Positions 50,643-60,345 of a stretch of 64,000 nucleotides of DNA are shown piece by piece (the stretch's first letter is position 1; every line of letters begins with the position of its first letter). The DNA lies in the NCBI RefSeq assembly GCF_050729455.1, contig NZ_JBOHLI010000007.1, forward strand, positions 684-64,683, read 5' to 3'. This stretch comes from Brevundimonas sp. (lineage in GTDB: Bacteria > Pseudomonadota > Alphaproteobacteria > Caulobacterales > Caulobacteraceae). The translations under genes and the position numbers were made by a program. A model generated the notes under the pieces. That model ran no database searches and was not told where the DNA came from. It saw only the letters and a list, made by a program, of their open reading frames with translations.

Positions 50643-51578
50643 TTAATCGAACAGCTTCGAGACCGATTCCTCATTGGCGATGCGGCGGATAGCTTCGCCG
50701 ATCAGAGGGGCCACGGAAACCGCGCGGATCTTCCCGCACTTCAAAACTTCGTCAGGCTGCTCGATGGAATCGGTGATGACCAGTTCCTTCAGCGGGCCGT
50801 TGGCGACGCGCTGGACCGCCGGACCCGACAGGACGCCGTGGCTGATATAGGCCGAGACCTCGGTGGCACCGCGGTCGATCAGGGCCTGGGCGGCGTTCAC
50901 CAGGGTGCCGCCCGAATCGACGATGTCGTCGAACAGGATGCAGCGGCGCCCTTCAACGTCGCCGATGATGTTCATGACCTCGCTCTCGCCCGCCTTGGGG
51001 CGGCGCTTGTCGACGATGGCCAGGTCCGCATCCAGCCGCTTGGCCAGCGAACGGGCGCGCACCACGCCGCCGACGTCGGGCGAGACGATCATCAGGTCGT
51101 CGCCGCGCGGATAGTGGTCCTTGATGTCCTGGGCCAGGACCGGCGTGGCCACCAGATTGTCGGTGGGAATGTCGAAGAAGCCCTGAATCTGGCCGGCGTG
51201 CAGGTCCATGGTCAGGACCCGGTCGGCGCCCGCGCGGGTGATCAGGTTGGCGACCAGCTTGGCCGAGATGGGGGTGCGGCCGCCGGTCTTCCGGTCCTGA
51301 CGGGCGTAGCCGAAGTAGGGCATGACGGCCGTGATCCGCTTGGCCGAGGCGCGCACCAGCGCATCGGTCATGATCAGTAGCTCCATCAGGTTGTCGTTGG
51401 CCGGATAGGAGGTCGACTGGATGATGAAGACGTCCTCGCCGCGGACGTTCTCCTCGATGACGGCGAAAACCTCGTTGTCGGCGAATCGTTTCACCTGGGC
51501 CTTGGTCAGCGGCATGTCGAGGTGGGTGGCGATGGCCTGGGACAGAGTCCGGTTCGAATTGCCAGAGAGCAGCTTCAT
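50643..51578 (-). CDS. prs: Ribose-phosphate pyrophosphokinase
   Basis: [38 protein letters not shown]...[14 protein letters not shown]...[11 protein letters not shown]. Confidence 0.95.
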   Translation of the reverse strand: MKLLSGNSNRTLSQAIATHLDMPLTKAQVKRFADNEVFAVIEENVRGEDVFIIQSTSYPANDNLMELLIMTDALVRASAKRITAVMPYFGYARQDRKTGGRTPISAKLVANLITRAGADRVLTMDLHAGQIQGFFDIPTDNLVATPVLAQDIKDHYPRGDDLMIVSPDVGGVVRARSLAKRLDADLAIVDKRRPKAGESEVMNIIGDVEGRRCILFDDIVDSGGTLVNAAQALIDRGATEVSAYISHGVLSGPAVQRVANGPLKELVITDSIEQPDEVLKCGKIRAVSVAPLIGEAIRRIANEESVSKLFD

Positions 51579-51782
51579 TACCGGTCATCCTTTTGCCGTC
51601 ATCGCTGCGCCAATGAGCGCAGTCGTTTCTGGACGCGCTCTTTAGCAGCGGATCGCCTCGCATCAACCCGTCATGACGGATTTCGCTGCATTGGCATGGT
51701 CGCCGTCGCTGCTATAGAGATCGCAACACGACAGCGGCGCACCGGGGGTGCGCTGTGACCAAGGCATCTTGAGAGGTCGCCC

Positions 51783-52634
51783 TTGCCCGCTTCGAAGTCC
51801 CGTTCCGGCCTGATCCTGATGACGGTCGCCGTCGCCGCCCTGACGGTTTCCGCCTGCTCGGGGACCAAGCCGCGTCAGCGACTGGCCTATGAGGAACGCC
51901 CGGTCGAGCTGCTCTACAACACGGGCTATCAGCGCCTGCAGTCCAAGCGCTGGACCGACGCCGTCGACTATTTCCAGGAAGTGGAGCGTCAGCACCCCTA
52001 TTCGGAATGGTCGCGTCGCGCGATCCTGATGCAGGTCTACGCCTACTATCAGAACAATAACTATCAGGACGCCATCGCGGCGGCCGACCGCTTCATCGCC
52101 CTGTTCCCCGGCAATCCGTCGGCGGCCTACGCCTTCTACATGCGCGCCATCTGCAACTTCGAGCAGATCGTCGATGTGGGCCGGGACCAGGCCTTTGCCG
52201 AGGCCGCCCTGGTCGGCCTGCGCGACGTGGCGCGTCGCTATCCCAATACGCCTTACGCCACCGACGCCCGCGTCAAGATCGACATGGTCAACGACCAGCT
52301 GGCCGGCAAGGAAATGGCCGTGGGCCGCTTCTATCAGCGCGCCAACCAGCCGCTGGCCGCGATCAACCGCTACAAGGCCGTGATCAACAACGAAGCCTTC
52401 CAGCGCAGCTCGCACACGCCTGAGGCCCTCTATCGTCTGGTCGAGGTCAACGTGTCGCTGGGTCTGAACGAGGAGGCGACGCGCAACGCCGCCGTCCTGG
52501 GCCACAACTATCCGGGCAGCCCCTGGTACGCCGAGGCCTACGCCCTGCTGACCGAGCGCGGCCAGCGCCCGGACGTCCAGCCGGAAGCCAAGCGCGAAAG
52601 CTGGCTGCAGCGTATCATCCCCGGCGGGGCCTGA
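51783..52634 (+). CDS. bamD: Outer-membrane protein assembly factor BamD
   Basis: Lipobox TVSAC, TPR-like repeats, YPNTPYATDARVKIDMVNDQLAGKEMAVGRFY. TTG start; ATG 51819 is an alternative. Confidence 0.88.
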   Translation: MPASKSRSGLILMTVAVAALTVSACSGTKPRQRLAYEERPVELLYNTGYQRLQSKRWTDAVDYFQEVERQHPYSEWSRRAILMQVYAYYQNNNYQDAIAAADRFIALFPGNPSAAYAFYMRAICNFEQIVDVGRDQAFAEAALVGLRDVARRYPNTPYATDARVKIDMVNDQLAGKEMAVGRFYQRANQPLAAINRYKAVINNEAFQRSSHTPEALYRLVEVNVSLGLNEEATRNAAVLGHNYPGSPWYAEAYALLTERGQRPDVQPEAKRESWLQRIIPGGA

Positions 52635-52663
52635 TCTGAGGGGGAACTGCGGAAAGACGCTGC

Positions 52664-52678
52664 GTTCCCTTTCTGTTT
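52664..52678 (+). promoter_or_regulatory. Candidate alphaproteobacterial SOS (LexA) box
   Basis: GTTCCCTTTCTGTTT against the direct-repeat consensus GTTC-N7-GTTC (7/8), 40-54 nt upstream of the recN ATG. Confidence 0.4.
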
Positions 52679-52717
52679 CCGGCTACAGTGGGCTGTAAAG
52701 TCGAATCAAGCTGGCCC

Positions 52718-54415
52718 ATGCTGACCACACTCTCGATCCGTGACGTCGTTCTCGTCGACGCCCTCGACCTGGAGGTCGGCGAAGGCCTGACCGTGCTGAC
52801 CGGCGAGACCGGGGCCGGCAAGTCCATCATTCTCGACGCCTTGGGCCTGGCCCTCGGCGCGCGCAGCGATGCGGGGCTGGTGCGTTCCGGCGCCAAACAG
52901 GCGATCGCCACCGCCGTCTTCACCGCCCCCGACGACGCCGCTGTCATCGACCTGCTGACCGAGCGCGGTTTCGAGGTCGCGCCGGGCGAAGAGCTGATCC
53001 TGCGCCGCGTCGTCTCGGCTGACGGCCGCAGCCGGGCCTACGTCAACGACCAGCCGGCGGGCGTCACCGCCCTGCGCGAGATCGGCGCCTTGCTGGTCGA
53101 GGTGCACGGCCAGCACGAGACCGTCGGCCTGCTGGACTGGAAGACCCACCGCGCCCTGCTGGACAACTACGGCGGCCTGCAACCCCAGCTGTCGGGCGTC
53201 GCCGCCGCCGCCGACCGGCTGAAGGCCGCGCAGGGACGTCTGGACGAGCTCGAGGCCTCCGCCGCCGAAGCCGCCGCCAAGGCCGAGGAGATCGCGCTCA
53301 ATCTGGCCGACCTCGACGCCCTGGACCCGCAGCCGGACGAAGAGACCGAACTGGCGGGCGAGCGCGCTATCCTGGGGGCCTCGGAAAAGGCCGTGGCCGA
53401 TCTGGCCGACGCCCGCAACCTGCTGGGCGGCGACAAGCTGAGCCAGCGTCTGGCCTCGGCCTTGCGCGCCGTCGAACACGCGCGCCAGCGCGCGGTTCAG
53501 GCGGGGGCCGAGGGCGACAACCTCATCATCGTCAAGCTGGGCCTGGCCGCCGAAGCCGTGGACCGCGCCCTGGTCGAGGCGACCGAGGCCGTCGCCGCCG
53601 TCGACGCCGCCGCCGACGCCTTCGACTTCGAACCGGGCCGCCTGGACAAGGCCGAGGAGCGTCTGTTCGCCCTGCGCGCCGCCGCCCGCAAGCTGAACAC
53701 CACGGTCGACGCCCTGCCGGCGCTGCGGGTGCGTCTGCGCGAGCAACTGCGCCTGATCGAGGACGGGGCCGAGGCCCTGACCAACGCCCGCCGTGACGTG
53801 GCCGTGGCGATCGAGGCCTATGACGTGGCCGCCATGCTGCTGAGCTCGGCGCGTGAAGCGGCGGGGGATCGTCTGGTCGCCGCCGTCATGGCCGAGCTGG
53901 GCCCGCTCAAGCTGGAGCGCGCCCGTTTCCGCGTCACCCTGGATCCCGTCGAGAACCGCCGCGGGCCTCTGGGCGTCGAGACGGTGCGCTTCGAGGTCGC
54001 CACCAACGCCGGCACGCCCTTCGGCCCGCTGGACACCGTGGCCTCGGGCGGCGAACTGGCCCGCTTTGCGCTGGCCATGAAGGCGGCCCTGGCCAGCCGC
54101 GAGGACCAGCGTCAGCCGGTCATGATCTTCGACGAGGTCGATCAGGGCGTCGGCGGCGCCGTGGCCGAGGCCGTCGGCGGTCGCCTGCAACGCCTGTCCA
54201 AGGGCGCCCAGGTCCTGGTCGTCACCCACAGCCCCCAGGTCGCCTCGCGCGGCCACGCCCACTGGAAGGTCCGCAAGGCCGACCACGACGGCCACACCCG
54301 CACCTCCATCGACGTGCTGGACCCGCATCCCCGCCAGGAAGAAATCGCCCGGATGCTGTCCGGCGCCGAGATCACCGACGAGGCGCGGGCGGCGGCGCGG
54401 GTGCTGATCGGGTAG
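52718..54415 (+). CDS. recN: DNA repair protein RecN
   Basis: MLTTLSIRDVVLVDALDLEVGEGLTVLTGETGAGKSIILDALGLALG...SGGELARFALAMK...IFDEVDQGVGG. Confidence 0.95.
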   Translation: MLTTLSIRDVVLVDALDLEVGEGLTVLTGETGAGKSIILDALGLALGARSDAGLVRSGAKQAIATAVFTAPDDAAVIDLLTERGFEVAPGEELILRRVVSADGRSRAYVNDQPAGVTALREIGALLVEVHGQHETVGLLDWKTHRALLDNYGGLQPQLSGVAAAADRLKAAQGRLDELEASAAEAAAKAEEIALNLADLDALDPQPDEETELAGERAILGASEKAVADLADARNLLGGDKLSQRLASALRAVEHARQRAVQAGAEGDNLIIVKLGLAAEAVDRALVEATEAVAAVDAAADAFDFEPGRLDKAEERLFALRAAARKLNTTVDALPALRVRLREQLRLIEDGAEALTNARRDVAVAIEAYDVAAMLLSSAREAAGDRLVAAVMAELGPLKLERARFRVTLDPVENRRGPLGVETVRFEVATNAGTPFGPLDTVASGGELARFALAMKAALASREDQRQPVMIFDEVDQGVGGAVAEAVGGRLQRLSKGAQVLVVTHSPQVASRGHAHWKVRKADHDGHTRTSIDVLDPHPRQEEIARMLSGAEITDEARAAARVLIG

Positions 54416-54422
54416 GCGCGCG

Positions 54423-54728
54423 ATGCGCGACGACGGCACGGAAGGGTTCTGGGGCTGTATCGTCGCCAACCGCCGCAATGGCGTCATCTACACTGGCCAC
54501 ACGGACAACCTCGGGCGACGCGTCCATGAGCATGCCCAGGGCCTGATGCCCCGCTTCACTCGTGCTCACGGCTGCAAGACCCTTGTCTGGGCCGAATGGC
54601 ATGAAACCCGCGAAAGCGCCTTCCGTCGCGAGCGGGCCATCAAGGAGTGGCGACGCTCTTGGAAGCTGCGGCTGATCGAGGAACGCAATCCGACGTGGCA
54701 CGACATGCTGGCGGACTATGTGACGTAG
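54423..54728 (+). CDS. GIY-YIG domain nuclease-family protein
   Basis: 101 aa. GVIYTGHTDNLGRRVHEH...RERAIKEWRRSWKLRLIE is the typical small GIY-YIG (URI) pattern. Confidence 0.85.
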   Translation: MRDDGTEGFWGCIVANRRNGVIYTGHTDNLGRRVHEHAQGLMPRFTRAHGCKTLVWAEWHETRESAFRRERAIKEWRRSWKLRLIEERNPTWHDMLADYVT

Positions 54729-54742
54729 CCCGTTCCCTTACT

Positions 54743-54870
54743 CGCTCATCCCGGCGAAGGCCAGGATCCAGATTGTAAGGCTCGCCGCCTGGTTCAGAAG
54801 GCGCACCTCAGTCCTCAATGCTGACCAACCCGCCATATGATCTGGATCCCGGCCTTCGCCGGGATGAGCG
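54743..54870. repeat. MITE-like element with 31-bp terminal inverted repeats
   Basis: CGCTCATCCCGGCGAAGGCCAGGATCCAGAT (54743-54773) against ATCTGGATCCCGGCCTTCGCCGGGATGAGCG (54840-54870): 30/31 complementary, 66-bp spacer. This is the CCCGGCCTTCGCCGGGATGA motif common in alphaproteobacterial intergenic repeats. Confidence 0.8.
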
Positions 54871-54898
54871 GGGAGGGGGAGTGACGGCTGGGGAGGTG

Positions 54899-55819
54899 TT
54901 ACACCCCCAGGATCCAGCCTTCTTCGCCCTCGATCTGGCCGATCAGGGCTTCGTCCGCGGTCTTCGGCGGCGCAAACGCCTTTTGCAACGTGCCCGCGTC
55001 GTCCATCTGGGCGAAGGCTTCGGCGGCGGTGCGGACCTGGGCCTGGGTCTTGTATTCCTTGACGCCCTCGGCGTTGACCTGACGCTTGGCGTCGAACAGG
55101 GCGGGCCAGACTTCGACCACGACGGCCGACAGGGGCTCGACGTCGGCTTCGGTCAGTTCACGCCAGCCGGTGTTGAAGGGCCAGACGGCGGCCGAGGCGC
55201 CCAGCTTGTCCAGCAGACGGCGCAGCATGGGCACGCCGACCAGGGTCAGGCCGCCGACGGCGCCCGCGCCGTGCATCTGCCAGACGCTCTTGGGCGGCAG
55301 CTTGTCCTTGCGCGCAGCCAGTTCGGTGGCGCGGAACTCGGGGATGTCGGCGCCGGCGCCTTCGGGCGGCTTGGTCGTGGTCAGCCAGCGCTGGGCCTGG
55401 CTGGCGGGCGCGCCCCAGAAGGGCCAGGCCTGGTCCGTCATCAGCCGGTTCATCTTGGCCGCGACCTGATAGCGGTTGTTGGTGTTGTCGGCCTTGTCGA
55501 CGATGTTGACGGCCAGGAACTTGCCCATGGCCTCCCACGGACGACCCTCGAGCTTGAGCCGCTCAGCCGTCCCGGCGGGGAAGCCGAAATCGAAGTCGAA
55601 ACCGACCAGAACGCGGTCGCCGCGCTTGCGGTGCTCAGCCAGCAGGTCGGCGATCAGGGCCTCGCCCTCGGCGCGCGTGGCGACGTTGTGGGTCTCGGTA
55701 TAGAGGCGGAAACGCACGTCGCGCTTGGCCACGCCGACCCACAGGGTCTGCTCGCCCAGCTTCTTGCCTTCGGCGGCGGTCCAGTCGGCGATGATGTAGG
55801 CGTCGAAGAGACGGGCCAC
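54899..55819 (-). CDS. Conserved hypothetical protein (possibly an RNase-H-like DUF429-type N-terminus)
   Basis: Clean 306-codon ORF with normal composition, MARLFDAYIIADWTAAEG...VLVGFDFDFGFPAG. The family assignment is tentative. Confidence 0.6.
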   Translation of the reverse strand: MARLFDAYIIADWTAAEGKKLGEQTLWVGVAKRDVRFRLYTETHNVATRAEGEALIADLLAEHRKRGDRVLVGFDFDFGFPAGTAERLKLEGRPWEAMGKFLAVNIVDKADNTNNRYQVAAKMNRLMTDQAWPFWGAPASQAQRWLTTTKPPEGAGADIPEFRATELAARKDKLPPKSVWQMHGAGAVGGLTLVGVPMLRRLLDKLGASAAVWPFNTGWRELTEADVEPLSAVVVEVWPALFDAKRQVNAEGVKEYKTQAQVRTAAEAFAQMDDAGTLQKAFAPPKTADEALIGQIEGEEGWILGV

Positions 55820-55904
55820 GGCGGGCTCCTGAAAACGCGGTAAACAGTAGAGGCGGGGGTTCTAGCCTTCCGCGGCGAGGCCGGGAAGGGGGCGGGAAGG
55901 GCGA

Positions 55905-56420
55905 TCAGCGCTTCATCAGGGCTTCGACGTGCGACAACCAGCGGCGCCCCAGCCGCAGCGCCTCGGACGGCGAACCGGTGGAGGCCGGAAGGTCGGCGTT
56001 CCACAGGGCCAGTTCGAACTCGGGACTGCGGGTGTCGCTGAACATCAGGCGCAGCACGACCTGCTCGGCCTCGGGCACGACGACGTCCAGATCCTTGCGC
56101 AGAGCGCCGCGCCGGGCGCGGGCCACGACGTGGCCGTCGACGATGATCTCGCCGCCCTCGACCTCGTCAAAGGCGTAGACCAGGCCCTGGGACCCGCGTT
56201 TCCACAGGACCACCACCTGGCCGCCGTCGAAATCCAGCCCGGCGGCGCGGCCCTCGGCGGGGGACAGGGCCTCAGTGTCGGCCTTGACCCCCAGCGTCTT
56301 CATCAGCGCCCGCTTCAGGCGCCGCTCGGGCTCCATCCACCAGGACAGCATCAGGGCGCCCGTCGTCAGGAAGGCGGCGGTCAGGGCGATCAGCAGGATG
56401 ACCCTGAACGCCTCGCTCAT
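55905..56420 (-). CDS. Hypothetical membrane-anchored protein
   Basis: N-terminal TM VILLIALTAAFLTTGALMLSWW. 3 nt downstream of the xthA stop. Confidence 0.6.
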   Translation of the reverse strand: MSEAFRVILLIALTAAFLTTGALMLSWWMEPERRLKRALMKTLGVKADTEALSPAEGRAAGLDFDGGQVVVLWKRGSQGLVYAFDEVEGGEIIVDGHVVARARRGALRKDLDVVVPEAEQVVLRLMFSDTRSPEFELALWNADLPASTGSPSEALRLGRRWLSHVEALMKR

Positions 56421-56423
56421 GCG

Positions 56424-57209
56424 TCAGGCCTCCAGATCGAGGTCGACCACCACGGGAACGTGGTCGCTGGGCTTGTCCATGTCGCGAGCCTCGCGGTGGG
56501 TCTCGATGCCGCGGAAACGGTCGGCGGCCTGGGGGGACAGCAGGGCGTAGTCGATGCGGATGCCGTTGTTCCTCTGCCAGGCGCCGGCCTGATAGTCCCA
56601 GAAGGTGTAGGTTCCCTTGCGCTCGCCGCCCAGGTCGTGGGCGTCCGCCAGGCCCAGCCACTTCATGGCGTTCAGCGCCGCGCGCGTTTCCGGCTGGAAC
56701 AGGGCGTCGTTGATCCAGTCGTCGGGCTTGGCCGCGTCGTCGGGCGTCAGGATGCAGTTGTAGTCGCCGCACAGGGCCAGCGGCTCTTCAAAGGCCAGCA
56801 GGGCCTTGGCGTGGTCGTGCAGGCGCTGGAACCAGGCCAGCTTGTACGGAAACTTCTCAGTCCCGAGCGGATTGCCGTTCGGCAGATAGATCGACGCCAC
56901 GCGCACCGGAACCGGGGCCTCGATCAGGGCCTCCATGTAGCGGGCCTGTTCGTCGCTGTCGTCGCCGGGCAGGCCGCGCCGGATGTCGGACAGGGGAAAC
57001 TTCGACAGGATGGCGACGCCGTTATAGGTTTTCTGACCGTGGGTCTCGACGTTGTAGCCCAGGCTCTCGAAGGCCTCGCGCGGGAATTTCTCATCCACGC
57101 ATTTGATTTCCTGGAAGCAGACGACGTCGGGATTGGCGGATTCCAGCCAGGCCAGCACGGTGGGCAGGCGGGCGTTGACCGAGTTCACGTTCCAGGTGGC
57201 GATGCGCAT
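56424..57209 (-). CDS. xthA: Exodeoxyribonuclease III
   Basis: MRIATWNVNSVNARLPTVLAWLESANPDVVCFQEIK...SDHVPVVVDL. Confidence 0.95.
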   Translation of the reverse strand: MRIATWNVNSVNARLPTVLAWLESANPDVVCFQEIKCVDEKFPREAFESLGYNVETHGQKTYNGVAILSKFPLSDIRRGLPGDDSDEQARYMEALIEAPVPVRVASIYLPNGNPLGTEKFPYKLAWFQRLHDHAKALLAFEEPLALCGDYNCILTPDDAAKPDDWINDALFQPETRAALNAMKWLGLADAHDLGGERKGTYTFWDYQAGAWQRNNGIRIDYALLSPQAADRFRGIETHREARDMDKPSDHVPVVVDLDLEA

Positions 57210-57261
57210 GACGGCAAGGCTAAGGCGCGTCGCGTTCGGCGAAAAGAGGTCGCCTAAACTA

Positions 57262-57304
57262 AAGCGGAAAACAAAGACGCCGCCGGATCGCTCCGGCGGC
57301 GTCT
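57262..57304 (-). terminator. Rho-independent terminator of the Cys-repeat protein gene
   Basis: The minus strand reads AGACGCCGCCGGA-GCGA-TCCGGCGGCGTCT followed by TTGTTTTCC. Confidence 0.8.
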
Positions 57305-57329
57305 CAGTCGATCAATGATCAGATGTCGA

Positions 57330-58301
57330 TCAGGCTTGCGGCGTCGCGGCCGGAGGCGTGGTCGTCAGCTTGCAGCCGCCGCCGATCTGCTGGGCCGTGG
57401 CGCAGGGATAGACCTGCTGGACAGCGCGTTCAGCGTTCAGGCGGATGATGGCGCCGTCCGCGCCGGCGCAGGTCATTTCGACAAAGCGGCCGTTGGCGTT
57501 CTGGCCCATCAGGCGGACCTGCTGGACATCGCAAGCAGCGGCGTCCGAGCCGGCCAGCCAGGACTTGACCGTGGCGGCCTGTTCAGCCGGGGTGGTGAAC
57601 TGGCAGGTGGCGTTCTGGCTGAGGATCTGCAGGCACTCGGTCTTCTCCCAGCCCGAGGCGTTCTTCTGAATCCAGTAGCCGTCCGCGCCGGCGCAGCCGA
57701 TCTCGTAGACGACGACGCCGCCGCTCGACTGACCGCGAACCTTGGCTTCATCCACCGTGCAGGCGACGCCGGCCTGGGTCGCGTAGGCCTTCAGGAAGCC
57801 CATGGTGTCCTGATTGCCCGGCAGAGCGCAGGTCTGGCTGGGCGGCGCTTCGGGATTGGCTGCGCGGGCGTTGGCGGCCTGACTGGCCAGAACCAGGCAG
57901 TCCGCGAACTGCGGCGGGGTGGAGGCGACGACGATATAGCCGGGCGCGCCGGCGCAGGCGGCCTCGTAGATCTTCACCTGTTCGGCGCTGACGCCGAGCA
58001 GCCTGGCGTCCGTCACCTGACAGGGGGTCGTGCCGGCGGCGAAGACCGCTTCCACTTCCGCCTTGATCACCGCCGGATCGACCGGGGCGGGGGCTTGCTG
58101 GCGCTGGCGCTGGCGCTGCTGACGACGGTCGCGGCGGTCGCCATTGGCGCGGTCGGGCGCGGCGCGCTCGTTACCGGCGCGTTCGTTGCCCTGTTGGGCC
58201 GGCGCACCGTACTCCTGGGCCGTGGCGAGCGTCGGGCTCAAGGACATGAGGGTCAGGCCGACGGCGATGCCCAAGGCGCGGCTGAAACGTTTGATGGTCA
58301 C
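57330..58301 (-). CDS. Secreted protein with three Cys-containing internal repeats
   Basis: GTG 58301 after GAGGGAG gives VTIKRFSRALGIAVGLTLMSLSPTLATA (signal). RQ-rich linker RRDRRQQRQRQRQQ. Three repeats of C.V......G.......YE..CAGA.GY....C. Confidence 0.7.
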   Translation of the reverse strand: MTIKRFSRALGIAVGLTLMSLSPTLATAQEYGAPAQQGNERAGNERAAPDRANGDRRDRRQQRQRQRQQAPAPVDPAVIKAEVEAVFAAGTTPCQVTDARLLGVSAEQVKIYEAACAGAPGYIVVASTPPQFADCLVLASQAANARAANPEAPPSQTCALPGNQDTMGFLKAYATQAGVACTVDEAKVRGQSSGGVVVYEIGCAGADGYWIQKNASGWEKTECLQILSQNATCQFTTPAEQAATVKSWLAGSDAAACDVQQVRLMGQNANGRFVEMTCAGADGAIIRLNAERAVQQVYPCATAQQIGGGCKLTTTPPAATPQA

Positions 58302-58426
58302 TGGAAGGGCTCCCTCGGCCTCTACTGGATGCGCGAAGCCTTGGCGGGGTCTTTCAGTCTGGTCAAGCACGGCCGCGCGAGTCGGGTCTGGACCCGAACC
58401 GTTCAATCGGCTTAAACCGGCGAGGG

Positions 58427-59524
58427 TTGCGATTGGAGACGGACTTGGCGGACGGCGCGATAAGCGATGAGGCGGCGACGACCGCGCGCGGCCTGACCTA
58501 TCCGTCGGGGGCGCCGCCCGAGCCGGGTCAGGCGGTCGAGGTCGCGCCGGGCGTGCTGTGGCTGCGTCTGCCGCTGCCGATGAGTCTGAACCATATCAAC
58601 GTCTACGCCCTGGCGGACGGCGACGGCTGGACCCTGGTGGACACGGGGCTGAAGACCGAAGCGTCCAAGGCGGGCTGGGAGGCGGCGCTGGCGGGGCCGC
58701 TGGGCGGCAAGCCGGTCAAGCGCGTCATCTGCACCCATATGCACCCGGACCATATCGGCCTGGCCGGCTGGCTGTGCGCGCGGTTCGACGCGCCGTTGCT
58801 GATGTCGCGGCTGGAATATGTGACGGCCCGGATGCTGATCGCCGACGAGGGGCAGCCAGCGCCGGATTCGGGCGAGATCTTCTATCGCGCGGCGGGTTGG
58901 AACGACGAGCAGATCGCGCGCTGGCGAACCGGCTACGGCGGGTTCGGCAAGGCGGTGTCGGCCATGCCAGCGGCCTATCTGCGGCTGTCAGAGGACGACG
59001 TGGTGCGGATCGGCGACGGCGACTGGCGCGTGGTGATCGGCGAAGGCCATTGCCCCGAACACGTCTGTCTGTGGCGCGAGAGCGACGGCATCATGCTGTC
59101 CGGCGATCAGATCCTGCCGCGCATTTCCTCGAACGTCTCCGTCTGGCCGACCGAGCCCGAGGGCGATCCTCTGGGCGAATGGCTTCGGTCGCTGGAGGCG
59201 CTGAAGGCGCGACTGCCGGGCGACCTGTTCGTCCTGCCGTCGCACGGCGAGCCCTTCTACGGCGTCACCACCCGGCTGGAGGCCCTGATCCGGGGCCACG
59301 AAGTCGCGTTGAAGCGGCTGGAGCGGACGCTGAAGGCGCCGTCACGCGCTGTTGATGTCTTTGCGGCCCTGTTCGCGCGCCCGGTGGGCGACGAGGTGCT
59401 GAGCATGGCGACCGGCGAGGCGATCGCGCATCTGAACTATCTGGCCCGCGAGGGGCGGGCCCGACGCGACCGCGATGAGGCGGGCGTCGATTGGTGGACA
59501 CTGACGGAGGCAGGACAACAATGA
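58427..59524 (+). CDS. MBL-fold metallo-hydrolase
   Basis: NVYALADGDGWTLVDTG...ICTHMHPDHIGLAGWL (HxHxDH). Start (TTG 58427) is uncertain. Confidence 0.8.
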   Translation: MRLETDLADGAISDEAATTARGLTYPSGAPPEPGQAVEVAPGVLWLRLPLPMSLNHINVYALADGDGWTLVDTGLKTEASKAGWEAALAGPLGGKPVKRVICTHMHPDHIGLAGWLCARFDAPLLMSRLEYVTARMLIADEGQPAPDSGEIFYRAAGWNDEQIARWRTGYGGFGKAVSAMPAAYLRLSEDDVVRIGDGDWRVVIGEGHCPEHVCLWRESDGIMLSGDQILPRISSNVSVWPTEPEGDPLGEWLRSLEALKARLPGDLFVLPSHGEPFYGVTTRLEALIRGHEVALKRLERTLKAPSRAVDVFAALFARPVGDEVLSMATGEAIAHLNYLAREGRARRDRDEAGVDWWTLTEAGQQ

Positions 59525-60294
59525 GCGAACACATCAAGGTCGATCTGGACGGCGGCGTCCTGACGGTCGTTTTCGACCGGACGGACAAGAAGAACGCCAT
59601 CACCCAGGCCATGTACACGGCCTTGGCCGAGGCGACCGAGCGAGCCAAGGTCGACGACGCCGTGCGCGTGGTTCTGTTCCGCAGCGAGGGGGACTCGTTT
59701 TCGGCCGGCAACGACATCGCCGACTTCATCGCCATCGGCCAGACGACCGGCGACATGGTCGAGATGGGCGTGTTCCGCTTCCTCAAGGCTCTGGCGGACC
59801 TCGACAAGCCGGCGGTTGCGGCGGTGCGCGGGCGCGCCGTGGGCATCGGCCTGACTCTGTTGCTGCACTGCGACATGGTGGTGGTGGCCGAGGATGCCCT
59901 GCTGTCGGCGCCCTTCATCAACCTGGCCCTGGCGCCCGAGGCGGCCTCGACCCTGTTGCTGCCGGCGGTGATCGGCCACCAACGCGCGTTCGAGATCTTC
60001 GCCCTGGGCGAGGCCATCGACGGCAAGACGGCCCTGGCCTGGGGCATCGCCAATCGCGCGGTTCCGGCCGATCAGGTCGACGCCACGGCGCGCCAACTGG
60101 CCGACAAGCTGGCCCAGCGGGCGCCGAACTCGATCCGCAAGACCAAGGCCCTGATGCGCGACGCCGAGGCCTTGTGGAACCTGATGCAGCGCGAGGCCCA
60201 TGTCTTCGGCTCGCAGATGCGCAGCCCCGAAGCGATGGAGGCCTTCATGGCCTTCAGCCAGAAACGGGTGCCGGATTTCTCGAAAGCCGGCTGA
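59521..60294 (+). CDS. Enoyl-CoA hydratase/isomerase family protein
   Basis: MSEHIKVDLDGGVLTVVFDRTDKKNAIT...FSAGNDIADF...AAVRGRAVGIGLTLLLHCD. ATGA overlap with the upstream stop. Confidence 0.88.
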   Translation: MSEHIKVDLDGGVLTVVFDRTDKKNAITQAMYTALAEATERAKVDDAVRVVLFRSEGDSFSAGNDIADFIAIGQTTGDMVEMGVFRFLKALADLDKPAVAAVRGRAVGIGLTLLLHCDMVVVAEDALLSAPFINLALAPEAASTLLLPAVIGHQRAFEIFALGEAIDGKTALAWGIANRAVPADQVDATARQLADKLAQRAPNSIRKTKALMRDAEALWNLMQREAHVFGSQMRSPEAMEAFMAFSQKRVPDFSKAG

Positions 60295-60345
60295 TTTCTC
60301 GCAAACGCGATTGATTCGAGGGGGCAGGGGGTCTAGGCGCCGCGC

